Shown here: positions 49,511 through 61,974 of the stretch, one piece after another | Numbering within the stretch: the first letter of the stretch is position 1 | Layout of the letters: every line of letters begins with the position of its first letter | Assembly (NCBI RefSeq): GCF_018350175.1 | Contig: NC_058368.1 | Span: 100,008,001-100,072,000, forward strand | From: Felis catus | Lineage: Eukaryota | DNA length: 64,000 nt | Direction: 5' to 3' | The notes under the pieces: generated by a model | What the model was told of the DNA's origin: nothing | The model's database searches: none | What the model saw: only the letters and a program-made list of their open reading frames with translations | Position numbers and translations under genes: made by a program

Positions 49511-52500
49511 TGGGCTTCATAACTATTTTGAAGTGAATGGAGGTAGCTACTTGATGGTGCTGCCTCAGTAAGATAAGAATTTCCTGAAATACATCTAGAT
49601 TCTGCTCTCCCAGATGAGATAATATAATAAACATGGTAGCTGTCCTCTAGAGGATTAAGGCCCAAAGACATGCAACATGTTTTCCCTTTCCTTGATTCCT
49701 CCCAGCTAAATATGTTCAGTTACCTGTGTCTGCGTGTCTTTTCTTACTTGTTCCTCGCTGAGGCTGTTACTCTTCCCTGTGCCAAGTATTCCTGGACACT
49801 GAGAACTTGCACGTTCTAGGAGACCTTATCCGGCCTGCTGCCCTTACTTCTCTGTTTTAAAACTTCCTAATTTTGTTTCATCCCCTATTTTTTACATGTT
49901 CAGGGCTCTTACTCAAAGCAGCCTTTGAGCTGGCATCAGCTGTTAGGATCGCCTTGTCTCATGCTCCTTCATAGCCTGTTTCTAAGTGGTTGTCATTGTG
50001 GACCACAGATAGGAAAAATGGTGTAGATTATGATAATATTTATGTCATATCATTTGAATTTCACCGCAACTCTGTAAATTAGGCATATTCGTATTTCAAA
50101 AGACATGTTGAGAAGAGTTCTGGGCTACATACACCCACTCAATTGCAGGCTTATCATCATATATTTTCATGTGTTAAAATTTTGTGATATTTCTGGTTAT
50201 ATTTGCTTTTTAAAAATTGGTGGAGAAATCTCATATACTTAGGTTTTAGTTAAAGTTTTCTTCTGTGAACGCTTAAAAAGAAATTTTGCCATAGGATAAA
50301 AGATGCCTTATGTTTCCTGTAAGTATACTGTGTTAACTGTTTTTTATCAAATCAATAGAACAGTTCACTTATTCTAACGTTTTAGTTTTTATTTAAATTC
50401 ATCTTAGATCATAATTATTTTTGATGGTTTCATCTTTTGCTTATAAGCCAGTACAAAGAATCAATCAGACACATATTAAAGATCTTACCAACCATCCAAC
50501 TTTACTAATAGTTGCAAGGATATGCAGTCAGAAGGCACATATCTGGAACAAGGAGAGATATCTGGAACTCTGGGCGATTCCCCAAGTCCGTCCTTTCTAC
50601 GTCAGGCAGGCACTTTCTGGCCCAGAATAGATGAGGTCTTTAAATGAGGAGGTGTAGTTATTACCTCATAGCAGAGAGCATATAGATTTTGAAACTTGTC
50701 CCTTCTATTCCCCAGGGTTGTATAGTTTAAGTGATTTTCTCCAGTGGGCCATGCCTCATAAGTCTGTAGATTTTTGAGTTTGTTTACTATAAACATCCTT
50801 AACAAAGGACATCCTACTAAGAGCATTCCTCATGTAAAGATTTTCCTCTTAACAAAAATCACTAATCTGTTTACCAGGAGGACCAGTTAACAGTATATTA
50901 TTAACAAGTACATCAAACTCCTTCACCTACTTTTCTTAGAGTTTCTTTCTGATAAAGTGAATGGATCCCAGGACAACTGCTTTAATTCTTCCCAGATTTG
51001 TAATAGTCTTTTTGCTTGCTTTGTTTGTGCTTCCCTCCACCTGTTTGGAGAATGTTTCAAACCTATAGAAAAATTGTGATTGTGCAGTATAATAAGAATA
51101 ATGCTACATTGTGTCATATCCATGTTTATTGGTGTTAAGTTCTAATCATTTGGTTTGGATGTTGTCTCAGTTTCTCCATTTTAAAGGCACCTTTTTCTGT
51201 TTGCAATTATTAAGTAAATTTGTGAAGTTACAAGTTTGAGACAATATGAATACCTTGTAATCTTTCACTCAGTGATAGATGTTCTGTGGCTGAATCAGTC
51301 AACGGTTTTTTATTGTTTCTGTTTCTCTGCTGAGATTTTTTTTCTCTGATAAAATTGTAATTCACTGAGGAGAATTTTTACAAATATATGCAGGTATGTA
51401 TCATTAAGGTTATTGATAATAGCCATTTTTGCCTCTGGAGAATGCAGGTGTTTCTGTTTTTTGGTTCTTCATATGAGGATTTTACCCTGGACATAATAGA
51501 GGTCAGATAGTAGAGATTCTGGGTTTGATTGGTTTTCTGCAAAGAGTGGTTGTATTAGTTAATTTTTTTGGTTAGGCTTTAACCACAAACTTTGTTTCTT
51601 AGATAGCAGCTCCAGCCTCAGTTCAGGTCTTTTCTGCTTCAGTGACCTGCTTGAAACTGGCTCTTCCACATGTTCCCCTGCCACTGCTCTTGAACCCTAA
51701 CCATGCAGACTTCAGTTAGCCTTGGTCCGTACTCTGAAGAGTATACTTTGAAGAGAATGTATTTATTTGTAAAGCTTCCCATCTTTACGTTAGCTTAGTC
51801 AGCTTCCACTCCCTATCTGTATTTTTGCTTTCATTTACTCCCTATTACCTTTAGGCAGGGTTTTTTCTAGCATGTCCAAGCTCTATGGCTGTTGCTGGGG
51901 GAAGTGAGGGACAAGGGAGTTAACTGTACGATCTGTTAGTACCTTAGTCTCCTACCCAGAAATGAAGGTATCCAAAGCTGGAAGTAACTGTAACTAGCTA
52001 AGGAAAGAGACCTGAGCACTTCAAGACAATGTAGATTTACATCTTAGAGAGATGAGGAAGAATAAGTCAAAGAGACTGAGAAAGGATAGCCATGGGAGGA
52101 GAAAGAACCAAGAGAGTTTGGTATCTGGGAAACCAAAAGGCTCGTTCAAGAAGGGAGTGATCATCTAGGTGTCTTTGTTAGCAGTGGTAGTGGTTGTGTT
52201 TTCAAAGTTAGCAGCATCATTTTCGGTGTGCAAACTCCATTATTTGATGATGATTATTGAGGAGTTTTTTAAGTTATAGTTCTTCTGCGGCCTAGCCTAC
52301 TTTGCAGAACCATGCTGATCGCAACAAAATGGGTTTTGTTCTTACTCCTGCGATCCTGAGTATGCCTTTCCTCCTCCCTGTCCCCATCCTGTTTTGTACC
52401 TATAAAAAGATGTCTGACAACTCTGAAGGCTGAATTTGTTTCAAAGCCCTGTTTTTCTTCAGTTCTGAAACCTAGAAGCTGCAGACATTGGTCCAAGCAT

Positions 52501-54180
52501 GGAAGAGGTATAGTGTTTCTCTTTCTCATTTACTTCCCAGATTCTTTGAACATGTGTGCCTTATGATCTTTTATGGCTCCTGGGTCTGCAACAATCCATA
52601 CTGTGACTTGAAAGTAACTTTCATAAATCTGTACTTTTAATTAGGTTATTTTTCTGTAGTGCATTAAGGAAATCAAGTAATAAATGATTTCTTGAAACCT
52701 TTAGGTTAACTTTAAAGATCCCCAATAAAAACTCAGCATGGTATTCGTTCATAAAAGGGAGAGAAGTAACACTCTTCTCCAAAACAGTTTCGCCATCCAG
52801 GCACCGATGAGAACAGTTCCACCTGCAGGACTGTTTAATTTTTCTCCTTTATTCCTACTTGTCCCATCATATTTTTGCTTCTTTTTCCCTTGTTTGCTTT
52901 TCTTTTTTACTGTAGCTCCTGGTAGTATCTGTTCTGGTGGACACTTTCTTGAATAGACAGCTCATAAAATAGGTGAATAGGGAGACTGAACGAAGTCAGA
53001 TTCAGTGGCTCTTGCACTAAGGTAAATCTGAAAGGCATCTGTTGCTGGAGAGGACATCAGTCATGAACAAGCAGTCTTATCCTGCTGAGCTGAGTAGGTT
53101 TTTTCTTTCGATGCTTCTGCCTACTTTTTCGTTAGAACGTAGTAAGAGTTTTTCCACCCCTGTCCTTAGGCCAAAAGAAAAAAAAGTAAGGATAAATGGA
53201 TAACTAAAAAATGGAGATCTAAGTTGTAAAGTTCAACTATAATTCATGTGATGAACTTGAACCTCTCTCTAGGCTTCCGTTTTGCAACCATCAAATGAAG
53301 AAGATCAAATGGATTAAGCTTTCAAAAAGTCATTTCTTGCTCCCACATTCTTTTCTTTTATATGAATTTGCTTACTCGCAACTTTTACTTTCCTGTCTCT
53401 TTCAGGCATGAGCAAGAGTGCCTTTATAGCTTCATACTGAGATAGTATTTAGATTTTGAAGTAGTGTAATAATTGGAATTTCTCTTTTAATTACAGAGCA
53501 GCTGTTGACATGTTTTGACATGTTGTCATGGTACTACTTACACCCCTTAGATACCTATTTTACTAAATCAGCAATTCCTTATTTTATATTTTTGGTAGAG
53601 TAAGGCCTTTCTAGACATTTGCCCTTTTAACATCTAATTTTTTGTGATGGTAATAATTGTTTTAGATACAATCTTCCTTGTACTTTGGTATTTAAAAAGT
53701 GACAGGTGGTGATTCTAAAATTTATTATAGGTCTTTGTTTCTTCAGAAACTAACCCCAGACTGATAGTTTGTTCTCATTGGTCTTGAGGGGAAAGTTGTT
53801 TTTGTTTTTTGTTTTTTTTCCACTTTATATTCAGGACCCATCCCTCTTAATTTGCCGTGTCCCTTTTGTCTCTTTCATTACTTACGCCTTTTTTCACCAA
53901 TAGCTTCAAACTCTCCCTCTTTCTGTTTGTTCCTCAGCTAATAAACTTGTTTAGTCTGTGCCTGAACACCCATCATCCTCCTTTAACTGCCTCTCAGTAT
54001 CTTCTTTTCCCCTTATTAGAATAACATCTTTGTTCCTACTAGTATAGCCACTGTGACCTTGACCTCCTCAGTTCACATTCCCCTGGTAGCCACTGAGTTT
54101 CGCTCCTCCCTGTTCCTCCGTTTCTTTGAGTAGCATTAACTCTTATCTGTATATTGGCGCTCCCCTTCAGTTCTTTCTTT

Positions 54181-54215
54181 CTTTTTTTTTCCTACTTTTT
54201 TAAAATGTTTATTTT

Positions 54216-54254
<39 letters not shown>

Positions 54255-54430
54255 AAAGAAAGAGAGCGTGCACGCGCACAAGCAGGGGAACGGCAAAGAG
54301 AGAGGAAGACACAGAATCTGAAGCAGGCTCCAGGCTCTCAGCTGTTAGCACAGAGCCTGACAAGGGGCAGGAACCCATGAGCCATAAGACCATGTCAGAT
54401 GCTTAACCAACTGAGCCACCCAGATGCCTC
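54181..54430 (-). mobile_element. CAN-SINE (antisense in intron 3)
   Basis: Reverse SINE; long TSD CTCCCCTTCAGTTCTTTCTTT. Confidence 0.93.
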
Positions 54431-54750
54431 TCCCCTTCAGTTCTTTCTTTAGCTTCTCACACGGCACCCTGTAACCCAGCTGCTTGCAAGTTGAACTACG
54501 ATCACTATTCTGGACACTATAATCTCTCTTTGATGCAAATCTTTCATATAAGATATGCACGCTTATATTAGCTCCACTTAGGTATTTGTGCATGCACTTG
54601 AAATTCAACATTGTACATGACTCACAGAGCTAAGCTACAAAGGCCTTTTGTTAGGATTGTGGAGTTTCTTAAGAAGCCTAAGGGCAAGAACGCAGTTTCT
54701 TGCTGGGGACTATAGTCAGAATGTACAGAGCTTTTAGAAACTCAGCTGGT

Positions 54751-54960
54751 GGAGTGCCTGGGTGGCTCAGTCAGTTAAGCATCCGACTTCAGCTCAGGTC
54801 ATGATCTTGTGGTTTGCGAATTGGAGCCCTGCATCAGGCTTTGTGCTCACTACTCAGAGCCTGGAGCCAGCTTTAGATTCTGTGTCACCCCTCTCTCTGC
54901 CCCTCCCATTGTCATGCTCTGTCTCTCAATAATGAATAAACATTAAAAAAAAAAAAAAAA
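54751..54960 (+). mobile_element. CAN-SINE
   Basis: Head, body and A tail; TSD GAAACTCAGCTGGT. Confidence 0.94.
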
Positions 54961-55189
54961 GGAAACTCAGCTGGTTCTTACACATTTCCTTCTTGCCCCT
55001 TTTGCCTCCATTTTTTGCTCGTCTCTGCTTTTCCTCATTTTCCATCCCTTCACCCACTTGTCCCATTGTTCTCCCTCCCCTTCTCTCTGACTCTCCAGAC
55101 AGCTTTCACTTGTACCATAGAGAAGAGATGGTGGATGACCAGATAGTCTAAAAGATGTCAGTGTATGAATATTGACCCTAACGTTTTAT

Positions 55190-56210
55190 GACTCACCATG
55201 ACTCTCTTATTCAGGTATTCTCTTCTGTTCCTGATTTTGGTTTTGACACTGTTCATCTAGTTTCCTAACTAAGCCAGAAATCTAGGAACCCTTTTGCATT
55301 CCCTTCTCCCTTAGTTACCTGCTGCTCCCAAATCTTGTCCTTTGTCAAATCTGTTGTCTCTTTTAAGTATGTAACCACTTTAGCTTGGGCGCTTATTCTT
55401 TCTCACCTTGACTTCCTGCATCTGGTCTCACCTCCTTCAAATCACATTTTTCACTGTGATCAGTGACCTCTCTAAAATGCCGATGTGATCAGGAGTCTCC
55501 GGTGTGGCACACAAGGCCCTGTGTGATCTGAACTCTGGCTCTACTTCTCCTCTTCCTCTCACTTCCATGTACCCCATACTTCTTATGCCAGCTCTGCCAA
55601 ATCCCAGACGTATCAGTCTATTTCATGCCTCCTTGCTGTTGATCAGGTTTTTTATATATTCTCTGTCCTGAATAGACTTATTCTCTTCTTTAACACCTAG
55701 TTCTTAGGTTCCTTGCTTTTGGAGACAGTCTCTCATACCACCACTCTGACCCCAGAATTATTCACCACCTCCTCCATACAGCCCCCTTACCTTGTATGTA
55801 TTTCTTCTGTTGCATAGCAGTGCATTCTCCTTTCATGTCATTCCTACTACTTAGACCTTAAGAAAATTAGTGGTTTAAGGCACCTAGCTGGCTCGCTCAG
55901 TTAAGCATCTGACTCTTGATTTCTGCTCAGTTCATGATCTCACAGTTGGTGAGTTGGAGCCCCACGTCAGGCTCTGCACTGACAGCATGGAGCCTGCTTG
56001 GTATTCTCTCTCTCCCTCTCTCTGCTCCTCCACCACTTGTGCATTCACACATTCTCTCTCTCAAAAATAAATAAACATTTAAAAAAATAACTATCAGTCC
56101 TTAAGGAAAAAAAGAAGAAAATTGGTGGTTTTATTCAGTTCTCTCTGTTCCCACACCTACTAATGTGTGAGGTACATAGTGGATGTTGCCTAGCTAGCTG
56201 ACTGAGTGAA
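55190..56210 (+). mobile_element. L2 3' fragments, interrupted by a SINE
   Basis: CAAGCC/AAGCCAGAAATCTAGGA..ACAAGGCCCTGTGTGATCTG..TTTCATGCCTCC..GGTACATAGTGG..TGACTGAGTGAA. Confidence 0.6.
55879..56090 (+). mobile_element. CAN-SINE
   Basis: Head, body and tail; TSD-like AAGAAAATTAGTGGTTT / AAGAAAATTGGTGGTTT. Confidence 0.92.
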
Positions 56211-59129
56211 TTTTAAGCATATTTTTTTTACTTTTATTGGCATTATTTAGAATGTCAGGGTTGCTCTGTGTCTTTGTAGACAAGTAGAACACTCACCCAT
56301 TATTGAGAACAGTCTAAAATCGTAGAGTCGTTTTTAATGTTAAATATCAGCAACAGAAGATGAATAGGTTCTTCATTTCACAGTCACCTTAGCCATTGCT
56401 CTTGGACCATTTTCCATCTAATTTAATTTTTTTTAAGCCAAAATTTATATTGCTTCCAAGGCAGTGTAGGATGCCTTGTATACCCAACCTGTGGTATTTG
56501 AAATGATAAACAGGAAGTCATAGCGGTATTTTAAAAGATCAGTATATACCGCTTCCCTCACACTCATGGAACAGCGTTTAGAAACAGATCATGACATTGG
56601 AATTTCAGTTTGCTTCCTGGCATGTGGTTTCTGCAGCTTTAAGCCAGCTTTCTGAGTAAGTCATATTCCTGAAACCCTTAACAGTATTGCATTATTAAGC
56701 TGTGTTGATAGGAAGATAGTGTATCAAGTCTCTGGTGGCCTTAACAGATTTTATTTTTATCTTTTAAGTAAGAGTATTTGTGGCAAATAAAAGTGGTGCC
56801 CATCCTCACTTTGAACCTGCTTACTTCTGCTTGAAAACAGAGGATAAGTTAGAGGTTCTTGTTGGCAAAAGTGATGAATATGTGGTTATCATTTACTGAG
56901 TCACTCTACACACCTAATTTAAAAAAAAAAACTGATTTTGGAATTGCTTCATTCGAGATCAGCCTAGTTCAAAGGCTCCTGAGTGGATAAACAGGATTTA
57001 GGGGTAGGAAGTAAAAAAGGAGTATCCCATGACCTTTTAAAAAATATTTCTTACTTTTGTATTGTTTTTATTTAATTTTTTAAGTTTTGTAATTCTGGAA
57101 ATTTGAACTTACAACCTTGGCAGAACATTCTTACTAACTGTGAAAGTACCCAAAGCCCTTTTCAACTATTAATTTTAAAAATTTGGACAACCAATAGTAC
57201 TATCATAATTCCAGTACGAAATAATGTGGTGTTTGAGAAAAGAGGCAAATATTACAACATACTTTGTTGGAAACACACAATGGAAGACAACAGGCCCGAG
57301 AGAAAAGCAACAATAAGAAGAGTAAATAACGGGTCTTGCAAAATAGGATTTTCTTTTTTATTTAACTGAACGTCACCTGAAGTTTGGTTAAATGGAGACA
57401 AATCACATTCAAACGTTTACACTCCCAACTTGAACACATCTCCAACTTTGCTAGATTTCTATCGCAGTGCAAACCTTGTATTCTTTTTGTTCTTTCCTAC
57501 GTGTTAGAATAACTGGTATTAGGGTCTTGGCTCCTCAAAGAATTACTATTTTATGATCACAAGAGAAAATATTATTTTAGCTTTTTTTCTTGAATATGAA
57601 GAATTTTATTTTGTGTTCTCTACTTGCTAAATTATGTAAGCTGTGTAGTCTTCTAAGAAATAACAGTAATTCTAAGGGAAGTGATTGTTTCAATTGAAAA
57701 TGCTTCTTTAGAAATTACAATAAAAATATATAGTTTACTTACCCCCCTTTTTTATAAACACTGCCCAAACCCTTTATAGGGTGTTCCATTTTATATACCG
57801 GTGAGAAGGAGGAGAGGGAAATATTCACTTTTCTAATTATTGATATCTGTTAAAACTCTGTATTAAAATAGAACTTGTAGGTTTGGGTTTAGTTAACCAA
57901 TAAAAATTATTCTTCTGTTCATCACAATGTAAGATAGCATCCCAGTTTATTAATGATCATTTACCTTAAGATCCATAAAATTTGTAAATTTTACAATAAA
58001 TTCTGTATTACGTGCTCAGGTTAGTTAAATAAATTTTGATTGGGAACCTCCTACTGTGTATGTAGATGAATGGATTTCTTCTGTCGGGGGACCTACTGTT
58101 CTGTGGGAAACAAGCAATAAGCATAAGTGTCTGTTTAGGATACATACTCTTCCAGTATTGTAACCACAGAGTTGTAGAAGTCCAGAAAGGGATCCGTTAA
58201 TTTAATTACTTATAGGACTTAGGAAAGACCTTACTGAATGGGGGACACTGAGTTGCAGCTCTAAGAATAGATAGGATTCTGGTTTGGAAAAGGCCATCTA
58301 GGTAAAGAGAGCACATTGAGTACAAAGCATACAGGCCTAAAAGTACATGGTGTGATTTGGGACGAGTATTCACTTCTTTTATAGTATTTTGCCAGTTGAA
58401 TTGCAGCTTTTTCTTTGTATGTCACCTTTTTTGAGGATAAGGCCTTACCCAGTGCTAGTGCACTAATTGGCAAAAAGCAGACATTCAGCCAAGGACTTCT
58501 TGAGTGAATTAATGTCCTGGATGGAATATGGGGTGAATGGAGTCACAAACAGTTGATAGTAATCACAATGGTAGATGAAGTTACTTTTTAAAGCTGTTTA
58601 GGAAACATGGATGGCCAAAGGTTTTTAAGTAATCATATTTGTTTTCTGGCAAGACCAATCTGAAGGACCACGGAAGATTGATTTAGAGGGAAAAGACATT
58701 GAAGACTAGCTAACTAGACAGAAAGCAATGACTGACTTCATTTTTTCCTGTACATTTACTTAACATGTCTTTACAAAGGTCTTATGCCATGTGATTCATT
58801 GTTCCTGCTCTGCAAAAATCTTAACCCTGTCAGAGAAAGGATCTGGGACACACAGTTCTAAAAACAGGCTGTAAGTTACAATGAGTGGTTTGAAATTTTT
58901 AAAAGAGCAAGAGATTGCTTTTAGCTAGAAGGTTTCCTGGGGAAGTTGACAGTTTAATACAAAATATTAATGTTACTTATTAAACAAATTGATTATTTCC
59001 TTAATATTCTTTAATTTGAAGGATAGATAGCAGGATACAATGCAGCAACTTCATATCCCAGACTTACTTATTTCTAGCACAAGGAAGCTCACCTTGAGAT
59101 GTAAGAGCACCGCTGCTCATAAGCAATGT

Positions 59130-59380
59130 AATAATAATGTTAGTTACTAGTTGTGGAGCGCCTACCCCGCTCCAGGAGGCACTTTGCTGCAGCCTACATG
59201 TAGTATCTCTCGTCTTCGCAGTATCTCTCCAAGGTTCCTCTTGAGCTCCTCCATTTTACTGATGTGGGAACCGGGGTTTAAGGGATAATTGCTCTGCTCA
59301 AAGTCACACACCCTTGATGAAACCAGAATTCAATCCAAATCTGTCAGAACTGGTAGTCCATGTGTTAACACTTTACTAAC
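59130..59380 (-). mobile_element. MIR SINE
   Basis: GAGCGCCTAC..CCATTTTACTGATGTGGGAACCGGGG..CAAAGTCACAC..CCAGAATTCAATCC. Confidence 0.65.
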
Positions 59381-61748
59381 CTAACCCCCTAAAAGTATTA
59401 AGTATATAATTTTATCAAGAATAACTAGGTATGGTAGAGAAATGTGCTTGTGCATTATAGTTTGAATGATCAATGTTAATAGAAAGGGGAAAATAAAGAT
59501 GAGATATCATCATTGACTCTTGGGGGAAAAAGTTTGGATCGGTTCATAATTTGACCTAATTAGAGTAGTTGGGCCTTCCTAAGGATACAGAGTGCCTCAA
59601 TATCTGTAAAAGGTCTTGTGTGTGATTTTAACATTTAGAAATATTATCTGGAAGCTAAAGACCAAAATAATTCCCTTGAGACCGTGAATTAGTAATGATT
59701 CGGTTAAATGGGAAAAAAATTCCCATTTCTTGCCAAATTTGGTATTATAAAAACATTGAATGTAACTCGACTCCAGTATTAATTGGTATAGGCTTTTTAA
59801 ACTGTTAACACATAATTAAGAAATGAATATGGATTTCATTATCATGTGCCCTTGAAAAAGATTACAGAAACTTGAGGATTCTAGGGAAAATACTTTGAAG
59901 GAATTTTATAATAACAAATAGTTTGACTTCATTGGGAGTTTGAAAGATTTTCCCTCATTCTTTTAAACACCACTCTTTTAATACATTCCTATATTCCTTC
60001 TAGCACATCTGTATATCTTAGTCATAACTCCGAAATTACAGGAAAATGCTGGCTCAATCACCTCATGTAATTTCTCTAACTAAGTCTTTTTGATGAATTC
60101 TCAAGGTGATTCACTGTTGGGGAGGGAAGAGGAGGGTGGAATGTGCTATAGACCTATGTAATTGTCCATTGAGTTTGAGGTTTTCTTTGTTTCTGGTTAT
60201 GGTTGGGCAAGGAAAACTAGCAAACATATGTAGATGAAATATTTTCGGAGTAAAAAAGCAAATACAGTATGTTCATACCAAGCTGTAATTTTTTCCTCTT
60301 TTTCTTTGATGTACTGAGTAATAACACGTACTATCTATAAACCTCTCACTTTTATTGATTATTTTTGTTCTTAACACGTTATCCTGAGAAGACATAAAAA
60401 TTAAGTGGTTCTAAGTATTTCATTTACTCCTTATAAATTGACGACGATATGTTCTTTTAAACAAAGGAAAAAGAGTAAACCTTTCTTCCCAGTGCCAGCC
60501 GTTTTGTTAGAAAAAAATCTCTACAACGAAAAAATCTGTCTATTCGGACTTGTTAGAATGCAGAAGTGCTCTTGGTAGAATCTTCAGGTTGATGTAAATG
60601 CTGGACCTTATCTCTGACTATCGCTTTGGACATGTTAGAAGTGAGTAATTTTATGTGTTAGGAAGAGTTTAGATTTTTTTTCTTTTTGTCTTAAAAGATA
60701 TATCCCATTTTGATTGCTTGGGTTAAACAAGCAATTTTGTCTTGTTTTCTAAAACGTATTTCTGCTGTGAGAGCTAGGACTAGGTAATGACAAGATGGTT
60801 GTGGAGTTTCATTTGGCTAAATTATTTGATACTTACTGTTAAGTGAAATGCAAGTCTTAGAAATACTGAATTATATAAATTGTTTTAGCGCTTGCTCCCT
60901 GAGATTGTAGTTATTTTTGTATCAGTAATTTTTTTTCCTATCTTGATGAAAATAATTTATAATAGAAAGATGTATGCAGTTTAATTTTGAGAATATGAAG
61001 ATGTAATTTTAAACATGAAAGTCAACTTGGAACTGAAGTGAGACAGTACTATTTGTAGACATTTAGTAATTCTTTAACTGGCTGCCAGCAGAAAACCTGA
61101 CACTAGTAAAATTTCCCAGTAGTAAGACTGATTTATTTTATTGTATCACTCTCCTGCTCAGGAGCCTAAATTAGCTTCCTCTGGACTCCCACACCAAGTC
61201 TAATTCCTTATAGGTATTAAAAGCTTTTTTGTCACTTGGCCTTTCTCATATTGAGCAGCTTTCTCTTTCATCTCTATTTCTGTCTGCATATAACAGTCAC
61301 CATTATATTTCCCACATGTACTTGGTGCATTCCTGTTTTTATGACTCTCTAGCTCCGAAAAGGCAACAGTCATCACCACCTCACACACACTCTTAGAAAA
61401 CTAGAGTGAATCATTGTCACAGCCTTCACCAACCTCACAAACAGTGGTTTGGTTGGGGGAGGCAGGGGATAAATGCATGAAGATTCATGCCTGGGGAAAT
61501 AATATCATAATGGATGGGAAATATGTACAATTTGAGAACAGTCCCACAGCCATTTGTATCTTTCTATTGTTCCCACCATTGAGAAGTACATTCCTAACCA
61601 AAAGTTGCCCTGCTTAACTTCATCTTCATGCACAAAAGTACTTAGCTAAGGAGTTTTTAACAGTGTGGTGCATTGTATCTTCCTTTGTGTTATCAGTTCA
61701 GGTCATTTGCATGTTACTTTGAAAATTAAATTGTCTTTTTGGTTGGCT

Positions 61749-61974
61749 TTTATTAAAAAAATTTTTTTTTAACATTTTTCATTTTTGAGAGACAGAGAGA
61801 GACAGAGTGTGAGTCAAGGAGGAGCAGAGAGAGAGGGAGACACAGAACCCAAAGCAGGCCCCAGGCTCTGAGCTGTCAGCACAGAGCCCAACGTGGGGCT
61901 CAAACTCACGGACCGCGAGATCGTGCCCTGAGCCGAAGTCAGACACTCAACTAACCAAGCCACCCAGGTGCCCC
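61749..61974 (-). mobile_element. CAN-SINE inserted at the tail of an antisense L1
   Basis: Reverse SINE ending CCCAGGTGCCCC, directly followed by the L1 T tract. Confidence 0.93.
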
